Shown: positions 23,706-37,716 of the stretch, piece by piece
Numbering within the stretch: position 1 is the first letter of the stretch
Layout of the letters: every line of letters begins with the position of its first letter
From: the human T2T-CHM13v2.0 reference genome, Homo sapiens
DNA: 64,000 nucleotides
Strand: one strand, 5' to 3'
NCBI RefSeq assembly: GCF_009914755.1
Contig: NC_060946.1
Translations under genes and position numbers: made by a program
Notes under the pieces: generated by a model
The model's database searches: none
What the model was told of the DNA's origin: nothing
What the model saw: only the letters and a program-made list of their open reading frames with translations

Positions 23706-26700
23706 GTAAATGGTTATTTTAAAAGTCTTTGGATCCTAAATGTCACAAATGTGTTTTCCTTTTAGTTTGAATCATATGAGGTCTTCAGGAAAAATCTCTC
23801 TTTTTTGGGGAGGGGGGCAGAGAGCCCTGATTTAAGCCTGGGGGTGTGCCCAACTCTCCTGGGGGGTCCAGGCCCCCTTTATAGAAATCAGTTGGCAGAG
23901 CCCCACATCTGGGCTTACTGGGAGATCACAGGCAGGCTGGGGCTTTCCTGGCCCCACTCTGAGGTGTGGCTGGTCAGCTATAGATTTGAGAGCTTTCCCA
24001 CTCTGGCCAGGGCCAGGGCTTACACGTGTTCCTCAAACAGTAATAACAACAACCCAGCCCCGTACTCTTTTCTGTGCTGGGCACTGTGTTAATTCATTTG
24101 GTTCTCCCAAGCACCCTAGAAAAAAAGCACAATGACTATTCCCATTTTATAGCTGAAGAATATGAGATTCAGAGAAGGTCTGGAATTTGCCCTGTCAGTG
24201 TACACCCTTAACCATTACCCCACGCTACCTCTCCGGGTGGGATGGATGGATGGATGGGGAAAAACGCTGGTGATAAACTGCCTCCCTGAGGGACCCAGGC
24301 CTTGTCCCAGGAAGTCTCAGAGCAAGCCCTGGATGGGAGCTCACACATAGGTGTGGCAGTGGGGCCAGAGCCATTTACACTAAGAAGACCTCTCCTAGCT
24401 CTCTGCTCCCTGCCAGCCTCCCCTGGCTGGACTTAGAAGGGCATGAGACCACATCTCCAGTAGATTGGAAGTATCCCCATTAGGGGACACCTGATAGAGA
24501 CACTAGAGAAGAGGGCACAGAATGGAGGACTTACTATGTGGATTTACTTGTATCTGGTCCTCATCAAGAGATGAGGCCACCACCCCACTCTCTAACCAGG
24601 CAGTCACTATGCAGTCGCCAGCCAGTGTTGACATTCTGTAACTGACATAAACACACTGTAGGAAGTTTGGAATGGGAAGGAAAAAGGTAACTTACACTCT
24701 TAACACTATAATACAGCATTTCTGTTTTTAAAAATAAGATTTTTAAAACTTATCAGACAAGTAAGACCTACCATGTGTGCTCTGTGGCCTGTCAAGCCGT
24801 GACTGCTGTAGGTGCCATTGTGTCATCATGAGCTTCTTTCCCACTTAAATGGGGAAGGGGACATGGGTGTTGGGGGAACGAAGCAGAGAGTGAGTTGGCT
24901 TTGGTCTGGCACAGCCTATACAGGCCCTTCTAGACTCATGAAGAGTGTCCTGCCTCTTCCCTCCTTCCATTAGAGCCAGTGGTTTAAGCAGACAGTTTGT
25001 GGGGCTGGCCATTGGTGAAGAAAGTTAGGGTAGGACCAAAGGTCACCACAATAGCTGATAAGCATGAAATGAAACCTCTTGCTTCCATGGCCATGTTGCT
25101 CCTCTCTAAGCCCAGCTTTTCTTGGTAACCATGGTGGTGAAGTTGATCAACTTCCTGTTGTAAGAGCAGGTATGGCAGGGAATGCTTCCCAAGCCCACAG
25201 CCAGCAGATAGTTCTGGGAGCAGAGCACTCATCCAGGCCTAGTCTTGGTCAGTGGTGGTCTCTAACACGCACTCCCCTGATCTCCCATTGGGTAGCAGCC
25301 TGGCCATCACAGTCTGCAGTACTTGAGCAGCCTTTGGCCTCCCTGCAGAAAGCTGGGACAGCAGTGCCTAGGCAGTGTTGAGTGCGGGCCCCAAGTGTGC
25401 TCCACACCACTTGCCTTCCCAGCACACCCTCATGGAGAGTCCTACCACCAGCCTGCTGCTTCCTCCATCATTAATGTTGTGGGGTACAGGCCCTCACTCA
25501 CGCGTATTTGTTATCAAGCAGCAGGGCACAACAGGTCCAGATCTGCACCATGCACTGGGTACCGAGGGAAAGCAGAAACAGATCTGACTGCCACATCCTG
25601 CCTGGCATGAGATGCGCTCCCTCCCACCGTGTCTAGCAGGCACAAGCTGTCACACTGCCCGAGGACCAGCCTCCTTCCTTTAATTCTCCAGAAGCTGTCT
25701 TTCTCCACTCTGGCCTTGACCGAGGTGCCTTGAGGAAAGAGCCTTTCCCAGAAGTGACTGTTGCAGCTAGCGGAAGCTCACCTTTGCAGGGGGCAGAGCT
25801 TCAAAAAAAAAAGTCTAAAATATGAAGGTCGCAAGAGTAGAGATTTATTTATTTGATCTAGGGAGAAAGTTGTCCACAGTTTCATCACTTAAACACAAGC
25901 CCACTCTATCATATCGTTCTGAGGGCAAGAGGGTAAAACCCAAAGCAGAGTTGACAAGCACCTGTTGTGATCCAGGCAGTGGACACAAGGACATGCCAGA
26001 GTGGCCACATCTGCCCCTTCCTGGTCAACTAGAGGCCTAGTGACAATGCCCATGCACCACATGCAGGATAGGGTGATAAATGGTTGTCGGTGGGGGGAGG
26101 CCACCCTGGGGGCAGTTGACCTGCCAATGCCCAGCTTCCTTCCCATCTTGCCTGCCCACCCTTTGTGGAAAGCATCCTCACTGGGCTCTTTTCTCAGGCC
26201 AGTAGAGTTTGAGTAAGACGATCTCAGAAGTCAAAAGAGACAGACTTGAGGTCCTTGCTGGGGCATATTTTGGTCTGGGCCTCTCAGCTGTTGGTGTCTT
26301 GCCAAGATGTGTAGCCACCTGAGGGCCAGGCTTTTCCATAATGAGGCCCCCTGAGTTCACTAGGCCATCAGTACACATCAGTCCAGAGGCTCAGCTGGGG
26401 GCATGTCTGTGCCTTATTCTTCTTAGGACCTCCATGGGCTGATGTGGATCAGATGGCTCCTGTGCTCTGTTGGCCTTGGCATATGCACCACAGGCATTCC
26501 AAGCCAGTCTTCCCTGCCTGCGGCAGGCACCAGCCTAGGCTAGAGCAGCCAGAACACACATTTTACTTGCTTTTTCTTGGTAGAAGGAAGTTTTCTCATC
26601 TTCACGCAGCTAGGGTTAGAATTGGACATCCTGGCCGGGAAACGTGGTGTAGTCCTGTTGGCATTTCTGACCCTCTTTCTTCCAGTAAGGAAATGGAGGG

Positions 26701-26809
26701 CTCTAGTGACCTGTGAGGCCTGTTCAGCAGTGGGAGTGGATGCTGTGTGTAAGGCAGCTCGCCCCATCTCTCCGGGGCCCCTTAGGCCACCCAGACCCCT
26801 AGGCAACTG

Positions 26810-27113
26810 ATTGTTGTTGTTGTTGTTGTTTCTGAGACAGGGTCTTGTCCTTGTTACCCATGCTGGAATGCAGTGATGCAATCATGGCTCACTATAGCCT
26901 CAACCTCCTGAGCTCAAGGATCCTCCTGCCTCAGCCTCCCGAGTAGCTGGAACTACAGGTGCCACCACACCTGCCTAATTTTTTAATTTTTTTGTAGAAA
27001 TGAGATCTTGCTGTGTTGCCCCAGGCTAGTCTCAAACTCTTGGCCTCAAGCAATCCTCTCACCTTAGCCTCCCAAAGTGCTGGGATTACAGGCGTGAGCC
27101 ACCACGCCCAGCC
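26810..27113 (-). mobile_element. AluJ-like element with (TTG)n tail
   Basis: Reverse-complement Alu preceded by (ttg)n. Confidence 0.93.
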
Positions 27114-28980
27114 TAAAACTGGGTTCTTGTTTCTCAGGGGTTTTTTTGTTTGTTTTTTTGGGGGGGGGGTTAGGTTTAATAGGCAAAAGAAATAGAAAAG
27201 AGAATAGCTGTCTCTCTGAGAGAGGGGCGGCTGAGCGGGTCTTCCCTGAAGCTGGGTTTCTGACTCAGTCTAGGATTGCTGTTTTCTTCCTCTTTATGTG
27301 TTCTAAGGACTCTGGCTGAATTCTTGACCCTCTGCCTGCTTTCCATAAAAATTGTGCTCTGTGTGTCTTTGTGTCCAAGCTCTCAGTGCCTGATGTGAAC
27401 CGCTGAGAGGCCTGCATCATCATCTGATTCCTCTGTCTCCCCCGTGCCTAGCACAGGGCTGATCCCAGCATTATGGCTTACCCTGTTTGGTGAGCCACAT
27501 TTTGAACACATTAGAAACCTGGCACATTTTTTAATAAAGTGATGGTATCCCCTGTAAGATGGGTGCCAGCCCTAAGCTGTGGGACGCAGGCAACTTCTTG
27601 AGCTCACATGAGAAGACAGTGTAGTGTGGAAGGAGCTAGGACCTCCTGGCATTCAGTCATTAGGGCCACCTCAAAGGGTAGGGGGAGGGGGCAGCCCATG
27701 GTAGGCTCTGGGCCTGGGGGAGGGGAGATGCTCTTATGGCTTTTCTTTGCCAACACCACTGGGGGCAGCGATGCAGGGGAGGGAGAAGGGCAATGGCTCC
27801 AGGAGAAGGAGTGATGGTGGAGAGGCAAGGACACTGAGGGAGAGCAGTGGGGTGGGCTGCAGGGGAGCAGGGAGGGAAGGTCAGACTAATAGCAGGTGGC
27901 TGAGGGGAACATAGGGAGTGAATGCTCAGATTCTTTCCTCAACGAGAATAGTGATGGTGGGCAACCTGGCCACACACCTGATGTCTGCAGATAGGCTTCG
28001 ACTTAGCATGCGGAGAACTGGGGGCCTTGGTTGTTGCTGACTCGGCCCTGCCCCAGCAGGCCCCAGCTATCTCCAGGCTGCTACTACAGTAGGGAGAGGG
28101 CTCAGCCATCGCATACCACCTCAGAGCTGGTGCTGCTGGCTGCTTCTCTGGCCTCCTCCAGGCAGGCTGTGCAGGGCGTGCCGTGCTCCTGAGTGCCTAA
28201 GGAGCCACAGACCACAGGACCCCTTGCCTTTATCCCTTGCTCCCCAGCCCTTTCCATCTGTCCCACCCTCCCGGGCCAGATAGCTTTCTTCTTCTGTAGC
28301 CAAGGAGCCTGCACCTCAGGGTCTAGCCCAAGGTCATCCAGGCCACTGTCATCATCCTGGGGCCAGCCGTGCAGCACCACCACCCAGCCTGGGCTATCCT
28401 GATGTGAACTGCTGCCCCATGGCCCCTGGTGGAGCAAGGCTGGGTGTTCAGGAGCTGGGCTCATGTCACATGAGGGCCCATGTGGGAGCACTTGGCTCAC
28501 ATATAGCAGCGGCAACCCTGGAGAGGGAGTTGGGGCAGGCAGTGGGCTGAGCACTGAGCAGGGGAGCAGGTATGATACTTCGTGAACCCTGGCTGTGTTT
28601 TATGCGATGCTGGTGGTGGCAACACCTGCCCTTTGTGGGCTGCTTCCCCATACCCCAGCCCCAGAGGTGGGACAGCCTGTGCCACCGTTCAGAGGGGAAG
28701 ACCCAGAGCCCAGCCCATAACTTCCCCTCTCTGTAGCCTCTGGGTCCCTCACTGCATGCCAGCTGGGACAGCCTGTTTCATGGAGCGGGAGACCTCGGTT
28801 GGGGCAGAGCCAGCACTGGGCCCTGTGCCTCCTGCTGCTGGGTCCAGCATCCACTCAGCAAGGGCATTGATCCAGCCGTGCTGATCACTTCACCAAGGCG
28901 CCTCCGTTACTGGTGGTAGACCACTGCATGGACAGGGCCTAAAACCAGGGTGACTTTCTTTCCCTTCTTCTCAACTGTAG

Positions 28981-29312
28981 GAAAAAACGAGGAGTCATTG
29001 GAGAGTACAGAAGGCTTCCGGGCTGCAGAGCAAGGTGTCCAGAAGCCTGCTGCAGAAACCCCAGCCTCTGCTTGCATCCCTGGCAAGCCCTCAGCATCCA
29101 CACCCACCCTGTGGGATGGGAAGAAGAGAGGGGACCTCCCAGGGGAGCCAGTGGCCTTCCCCCAGGGGCTGCCGGCTGGTGCTGAGGAGCAGCGGCAGTT
29201 TCTCACAGAGCAGTGCATCGCCTCCTTCCGCCTGTGCCTGAGCCGCTTCCCCCAGCACTATAAGAGTCTCTACCGTCTGGCCTTCCTCTACACCTACAGC
29301 AAGACCCACCGG
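28981..29312 (+). CDS. CABIN1: CABIN1 internal coding exon (332 nt, phase 1-0): [12 protein letters not shown]...[20 protein letters not shown]
   Basis: Acceptor ttctcaactgtAG (28979-80), donor CGG|GTGAGT (29313). Lies within ORF 28950..29414. Confidence 0.96.
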
Positions 29313-30140
29313 GTGAGTGGCTGCCGGGCCAAGGGGGCTTGGATCTTCCCAGGGCAGCTGGGCATCTTTGAAGGTTGGTGGGCAGAGCTAAGACAGATTG
29401 GAGCTTCACGGTAGCAGCACATGGGAGGGATGGGCGAGGAGAGCTGCAGGAGGCAGGGCCAGCCCCAGGAGTGGGCCAGCTTGCCAGGGAACCTGGTGGT
29501 GAGGGCCCAGGGTCACAGCCAGGAATGGAGGGAGGAGTGTAGGGGGTCTCACAGTCTCAGGGATAGGCTATGGGGTGAGGGATAAGGGTCCATAGGCTCA
29601 ACTACTCTTTCCTGTGAGGGCTGTGCAGCAACTCAAACTCTGATGTCGTGCTCCCTCACCCCTGCCATTCACCCATCGTCTCAGTGACAGCAAGCCCGTC
29701 TTCCAGGTGCCCTAGGGGCCCTGCTTACTCTCTGTTCTGGCCTTGCTTGCCCTAGGCCCCATCTCTCCAGCTGCATATTGCAGGGGCCTCCTCACCATAC
29801 CCTGCCCCTGGGCTCTTGTCGCTGGTGCAGCTGCCAAAACCATCTTCACAGCCTCTGCTTCATGGGGGTTGGGTGCTGACAGCCTCCTCCAGCTCTTTTT
29901 GGAAAGCGGATGATGTAGCGATCCTTAACAGCTGTGCCCCAGGCTTAAGTGCTTCCAGGGGCTTCCCAGCCAGACCTCTTCTGCTGGCGTTTAGATTTGG
30001 GGAGGTAATGTGGCCTGGGCAGGACGTAAATAATAGGGGTGACTTTATTTTCCTTTAGTCTCTCACCCAGGAGGTGTTGGGGAGTGTCCTGGTCGTTGTC
30101 CTGCACCATGTAGCTACATTCTAAGGGGGAGGCAGACTTA

Positions 30141-30479
<339 letters not shown>

Positions 30480-31896
30480 TCATTTGAACAATACCACAGA
30501 GAAAATAACGGGGGGCATAGAGGGGTGAGGGTGCTGTTGTGCCTCTGCAAAGACACCTTTTGTGCTGAGACCTGTATTGTAGGGGACAGCATTGGTCTGG
30601 AAGGAAGGGAGAGCACCCAGACAGAGCAAGCAGCCCAGGAAGGTGGCCATTCTGGGCTGGCATTGGTGTAGGCGAGGGCCAGAGAGGGCCAGGTATGCTG
30701 GGCAAGCAGGGGTGACCTTTAGGGCCTAGCTGTGAGGACTCAGTCAGGTCCTCCTCCTAGAGGTCTCCTGCTGGCTCCCCCCAGCATCCTCAGTGGAATG
30801 TTTGAAGAACCAGAATGGACAGTTGGCCAAGAGATGGGCCCTGGCTTGGCACTGGCTATGTGCAGGAAGTGGCACTTCACAGAATTCTGTTTGGGGGACT
30901 AGATACAGGGGTCCAAGAAGGTAAGTGCTGTGTCCCCACAGTGACCGGTATGCTCATGTGACTTGGTTGATTTCCTCAGGGCACAGCAGGTGACACAGGT
31001 CTGGGAGGGAGGGAGTCTCATCATCTGGGGCTTTGGTCTGTAGTTCAAGGTGCAGTGCATGCTAGCAAACGATGGCCAGCTCCGGCTTCCCTGGCTGTTG
31101 GTGCCACACTGGAGCCTGGCTTGCTCACTGCTCAGCCTCCACTTGGCAGTGGACCTTACCTCTGTATCCCAGGCCTTCTGCACCCAGGTGGACCTGGGTC
31201 TTAATAAACCCCAACCAGCATGTCCTCACTGCTGAAGCCGTCTTTGGGCCTGAGGGGCAATGGCTGATATGAACTCTGTTGGGCTCACCATTGCTTTGGG
31301 AACTTTCCCCTTTCCCTCTTTTGGGAGCAGCAGAGCCCACTGCAAGAGCCCACACACACATCAGTGGAACGGACACTAGTAACCATTGTCCTGTCCTCCC
31401 CCACCTCTGGTGTCCTTCTGTTCAAGTGCCTCCTCAGGCAGCCATGCAGCCCCCTCCAGCTGTGGTCAGCTCTGACCAGGATCTGGTGTTCCCTAGTAGT
31501 GAGCTCAGACCCTTCCTCATCCTGTTACAGGGTACCTTCTCAAGAGGCAGATGTCGAGATGGAATTTCGGGTACAAAATATGTATTAGGAATTGGCACCT
31601 GTGCAAGGGAAGTGGGGAAGGACAGCAGGTTTGGGTGGGAGGAGAGTTGAGTAGCGATACGGGCCCCACCCACCCACCCTCCACTTCCCTGCTAAATGGC
31701 TTTATGTTGAATTTGAAGGAGCCAGTGCATATAAAGTGCTTAGCTCAGCACTAGACACAAAATGCTGTTATTACAGCCTGCCCCTTCTCTTGATGATTTT
31801 TTTAGAAGTAGAAAACAGTATTTATGTCAAAATTAAAAGTTGGAGGGAGGTAACCACAATTCTGCCACCCTAAAACTAGCTCTCTTGGGTCTAGTA

Positions 31897-32438
31897 CAGG
31901 TTGAATATCCTTTATACAAAATGCTTGGGACCAGAAGAGTTTTGGATTTTGGCTTTTTTCAGATCTTAGAATATTTGCATTATACTTCTGGCTGAGCCAT
32001 CGCTAAGCCAAAAATCTGAAATCCAAAATGCTCCAATGAGGCTGGGCACGGTGGTTCACGCCTGTAATCCTAGCACTTTGGGAGGCTGAGGCGGGTGAAT
32101 CACCTGAGGTCAGGAGTTCAAGACCACCTTGGCCAACATGGCGAAATCTTGTCTATACTAAAAATACAAAAATTATCCAGGCGTGATGGTGCACACCTGT
32201 AATCCCAGTTAATCAGGAGGTTGAGGCAGGAGAATCGCTTGAACTGGGGAGGCGGAGGTTGCAGTGAGCCGAGATCACGTCATTTCACTCCAGCCTGGGC
32301 GAAAGACCAAAACTCCCTCTAAAAAAAAACAAAAACAAAAAACCAAAATGCTCCAATGAGCATTTCGTTTAAGCACCAAAGTTTCAGATTTTGGAACAAT
32401 TTGGATTTTAGATATTCAGACTTAGGATGCCCTACCTG
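31897..32438 (+). mobile_element. Tigger4a/MER46-like TcMar DNA transposon interrupted by an Alu
   Basis: TA|CAGGTTGAATATCC ... ttaggatgccctacctg|TA termini. Confidence 0.85.
32040..32342 (+). mobile_element. AluS element nested in Tigger4a
   Basis: Alu consensus; TSD ccaaaatgctccaatga at 32023 and 32343. Confidence 0.95.
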
Positions 32439-34504
32439 TATTTCTTCTCAACTCCAATACACATGCCCTGTTGATTGTGTGCTTTCGAGACACCAGGTAC
32501 ACCAGGTCCCAGAGGTGGGATCATACCCCTTCTACTTTGCATCTGGGAACCTGTTCTGAGGGTCACACAGAGCTGAGTGACAGAGCCAGACATCAGCCCC
32601 AGGCAATCTCATGCTGGCCCAGTTGCTGCACCATTCCCCACACCCTGTCCACACTCATAGTTTGCCATTTTGCTCTTACCATGAATGCCCCCTCGCCAGG
32701 TCATTTTGGTCATCTGTGATGGTCCAGGGTAGGCGGGCCAGTTGACCCAGCCATCCCCACCCAGTAGCAGGGATGGAGGCTGCCTTGGGCTGTCTGCACC
32801 ATTGATGTCAGTATCCCCAGACAACCCCCAGTAGCCATTAGCCTCAGTTTCTGCCAGCTTTTCTGTTCGTTGCATTCCCAGGCTGAGTTCCTTGGTTCTC
32901 AGAAATGGAATGCTATCTTGAATCTTAGACCCCTTAAGCAGCAGACACTCCCTACCCACAGCCACACTGCCTACCCACAGATCTGCTTCCAGGAGGCAGC
33001 TCTGCAGGTGCCAAGTGTGCCTCAGGTAGCCTCGGGCCACTGAGCTCATTCTAGACCTTGCATATGCTGGGTCTAGGGTGGTTCCCATTGGCTTCTGTGT
33101 TTGCTTCACCCAGAAACCTTTGCTGAGCACCAGTTACCACCACCAAATTGAATGCAGGTTGTTAACACCTAGCTCCCCTGAGAGCCTGAGTTAAGACCTT
33201 CCTGCTGCTCTGGGGCATGCCATCCTGGGGGCTGCATGTGGCTCTGCCCAGACCTGGGGTGTCAGCTCTGCTGGCAGCAGCTTGTTCACAGATCTGGGGG
33301 ACACAACTCCATGTTGTCACTGACTAATGTGGAACCATTAACTGGGAAGTAGTTACCACTTTCCAAACACAGCTGTTTGTTAACAAACACTTCCCGCTGT
33401 GTATATTTGACAGCAGCACATTTCTTCATAAAATCCTGCCTGTGGGCTTGGCAGTGCCTTTTTCTTGTTGCCATCTCACAGCTCACTGGTGGACTGGAGC
33501 ATCCGATGTCTGCCTCTTCAAAGGGGCCCACAAGCAGAGCCTGCCTGGAGCTGTGTGGTTGACTCCTGAACCCTCAGGTCTTTCACAGACACCTCCAGGT
33601 GAGGCTCTGCCTGCCCAGGCCTTGGAAAGAAACCGCCTTCAGGGCACAGTGTGCCACTTGCTTAGTTGCTGACAGCAGGGCTTTTGGGGGAGGAGGAGAG
33701 AATGTGGGCTCTGAAGCTGGCCTCACCTGGGTTCAGATCCTCGCTCCGCATGGGAACTCTTGGAGGTCCAGGGCTCTTCTTTCCTCGATGAGAATGATAG
33801 TGATATGAAAGCAGAATTATTGTGTTAATGAGGTGAGGGATGCAGTGCTGGGGCAATGTCCAACATACCCTGCACTGCCCTCAGCCAACAATCCTTCTCA
33901 CCCATATAGTGAGACCCATTTCTTCAGTGTCAGCATCTCCCATGGCTCCTTACTCCTCTGCCAGGCCCTCTGAGGGCTCCCTGCCTGGGGCATAGTGGCC
34001 AAGGGCTAGGTCTGTCCTGAGAGACCTTTGTTGCCTGCCTGAGGCTGCCCTCCCTCCCAAGGTTGGCACTGCTGCACACAGGCTGCCCCTGGACCCCCCA
34101 AGGCAGTCCACCTGTTGCCCTGCACACTGTGCACACCTTAGATGGGGATGATCATTTATGCTGATAGCCATAAGGGCCCTAATTCTAGCTACCGTATCAC
34201 TTACTCTCTGGATCACAATCTTCACCAAGATTTTGAGGCCTGAGTCTACACTCATAGAAACCTGGCTCTTTGAGCCCATATAGGCACCCCAGGAGAGAGA
34301 GCACATGGCATCAGACACCTCTTGTCATGAAGGTTCTGGCCTTTACTGATGGGTGTCCAGGAAAAAGGCCAAGGCATAGACACCCCTGCCCTGCTCTCCC
34401 AGTTGCCTCCTGCTCAGCTGGGAGCTGAGCCCCTTCACCTCCTGCTACTTCTGCTGCAAGGGGTTCAAGGCAGAGGGGGTTGGTTATAAGATGTTCCCTG
34501 GAGC

Positions 34505-34735
34505 CAATAATCTTGAATGAAAACAAAGCTGGAGGACTCATACTTCCCAGTTTCAAAACATACTACAAATCTATAATATACTAATCAAAACAGTATGGAA
34601 TATTAGCCTTAAAAAGGGGGGAAATTCGGTCACATCAGACAGCATGGGAAACCTAGAGGACATAATGCTAAGTGAAATAGCCAGTCACAAAAGACAAATA
34701 CTGGATGATTCCACTCAGATGAGGTATGAGGAGTA
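34505..34735 (+). mobile_element. L1M fragment (ORF2 piece joined to a 3'-end piece)
   Basis: aacaaagctggaggactcatacttcc...tactacaaa (ORF2-type) followed by cataatgctaagtgaaatagccagtcacaaaagacaaatact (3'-end type). Confidence 0.8.
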
Positions 34736-34780
34736 GCAGCCTGGCAGCGCTAGCCCAATCAGACCCCATTTCTTTGGCCC
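34634..34780 (+). repeat. 147-bp direct duplication, copy 1 (copy 2 at 37141-37287)
   Basis: Gap-free alignment with 6 mismatches (~96% identity). Confidence 0.95.
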
Positions 34781-35767
34781 GGTACCTATATGGGATGAGC
34801 CCAGGCCCAGGGTTTGGTTAGAGACAGACTCCTGCCAGGGGGGCCCCACAGGGGTGCTGTGTGCTCAGCTGAAGGATCACCAGGGAATCTGCTGACTTTT
34901 GACTTCAGGGTCAGCTGGTGCTCTGGTGTGAGCCTGGGTAAAGGACAGGTCAGCTGGGTGTGAACCCCCACCCCTTGCCCCCCTGTTGTGAGTACAGTAT
35001 CCCCACCTGCCTGTGCTGCTGGCTCATGTGGGGGACCCGTAGAAGCCAGGACTATCGTGCAGGTTAAACGAGAGGGCCTCTGAAGTGGGCCCTGCACCAT
35101 TAGACTGGAGCAGGTGTGAGGGCCTGCTGTTGAGACCCTGCTTTTTGCTCACAGGCAAGTGTTCGGGGGGAGCTGGTGAGCTTTGAGTTGACACTGACTG
35201 AGCCAGGACCACACAGATAGTAGAACCAGGCATCAGGAGGGCATGCTGGCCACAAAGCAGGGTGTTCGCCTGCCTTTAACCTTTGCTCCCTTTCTGTGGA
35301 CATAAAAGTGGCCCCTTCCACAAAATGGTGGTGTGCCCTGCATCCTCACATGGATGTCCTAGGCTGCTGCAGCTCCCAACCAGCCAGGTTCTTGTCAAGC
35401 TTTAGTTTGTATAGTTTGCAAAAGGAGAACTTGATATTTTTCTGAACTTAGGAATCTTGATTTTGTATTTCAGTCTGTCTGCCTCATGGTTTGAAGATTC
35501 TACTGGGCCCTTAGGTGCCAGAGGAGGTGGGACAGGTTGCCCCCATACTGGCTGCTGCTTTCCTGGTCCTCTCTCCTGCAAAGAAATGCAGATTCCAGCA
35601 GTTTGAATAGGTTTGAGCACTCTGCCAGCAGCTTTTATTACCAATAATATTGTTTAAGCTTGGAAAAGAGAATGAAACTACCCACAACTGTCCCACAAGC
35701 CATGACATGGCAGAAGTGTTTGTGTTTCGTGTGCTCCCCCCAGTGTGTTTTCTGTGCATCTCTGCAG

Positions 35768-36330
35768 GTTCACTCATTCAGCAGCTGTCTACTGAGTGGT
35801 TGTCACGCAGGAGGTTCCTGTTTGAGGTGCTGGGGATATAGCATTGTGTACTCACTGGGAGAATAGTGTGGGCAGCTAGTGATGAGTAGGAAGAAAAACA
35901 AAGCTTGGTAAGGGGTTCGAGGTGTGATTGTGACTATTTAGACAGGGAGATTGGGAAGACCTGTCTAAGCAAGGACCTGAATCAAGTGAGGGAGCCCTGA
36001 TGGCCACGAGGATATTGGGGAAGAGGCTTCCAGATGGACACACACCCAAAACACATGCCTAGAGACAGAAACAGTCTTGGTGTGACTAGAATCTGCTGGA
36101 AGCTGGTGTGACTAGAATCTGCTGGAAGCTGGTGTGACTAGAATCTGCTGGAAGCTGGTGTGACTAGAATCTGCTGGAAGCTGGTGTGACTAGAATCTGC
36201 TGGAAGCTGGTGTGACTAGATGGGCAAGGAGGAGAGAGGAAGAAGATGAGGTCAGAGGCTTTCAGGGCAAGTTTTGGCAGGGGAGGATTTGAGGGGACAT
36301 CATCCTGAATTAGGTTAAAGCTGTCGCAAG
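35768..36330 (-). mobile_element. L2 LINE fragment (continues patchily to ~37330)
   Basis: Begins ttcactcattcagc...tactgagtg (antisense L2 3' end), followed by a G-rich antisense L2 body. Confidence 0.65.
36078..36220. repeat. Perfect 26-bp minisatellite (TGGTGTGACTAGAATCTGCTGGAAGC) x5.5
   Basis: Identical units start at 36078, 36104, 36130, 36156 and 36182, with a 13-bp partial unit at 36208. Confidence 0.97.
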
Positions 36331-37095
<765 letters not shown>

Positions 37096-37140
37096 TAGTC
37101 TGATTCTAGATGGATTCAGACAGAAGAGCTGAATCAATGG

Positions 37141-37287
37141 ATCAGACAACATGGGAAACCTAGAGGACATAATACTAAGTGAAATAGCCAGTCACAAAAG
37201 GCAAATACTGAATGATTCCACTTAGATGAGGTATGACGAGTAGCAGCCTGGCAGCGCTAGCCCAATCAGACCCCATTTCTTTGGCCC
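37141..37287 (+). repeat. 147-bp direct duplication, copy 2
   Basis: Partner of 34634-34780. Confidence 0.95.
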
Positions 37288-37502
37288 AGGACCTGTGGGG
37301 TGTGAAGGAAAGAGAAAAGTCAAGGTCAATCCACAGATAGTCATTCATCCTGCTTCTGTTCTGATTCTCTAATGTTGTGAATCAGGTGAGAAAGTTTGCA
37401 CATCTATCATCTTCAACAACTGTATTTAACTTTTCATATATATATATATATGAGTGATCTAGAACAGTTGTATATATATGAGTATATATGAATAACGTAG
37501 AA

Positions 37503-37716
37503 CAGAGTTCCCTCCTGAGGCACTATTGACATTTGGGACCAAATAATTCTCTGTTGTGGGGATGTTGTGTGTGCACTGCAGGACTTTCAGCAATATCCCT
37601 GGTCTCTACCCACTAGATACCAGTAGCCTTCCTCTAGCTGTGATGACCAAAGATGTTTCCAGATATTGCCAGATGCCTCCTTGGGGACAGACCCCCACCC
37701 CCATTGAGAACTATTG
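37503..37716 (-). mobile_element. MER20 hAT-Charlie element
   Basis: ggcactattgacatttgg...ctctacccactagataccagtagc...ccagatattgccagatg...ttgagaactattg is reverse-complement MER20. Confidence 0.85.

Noticed and set aside
36078-36220. CRISPR-like array of 26-bp repeats
   Set aside because: The units are head-to-tail with no unique spacers, and the context is a human intron. It is a minisatellite.
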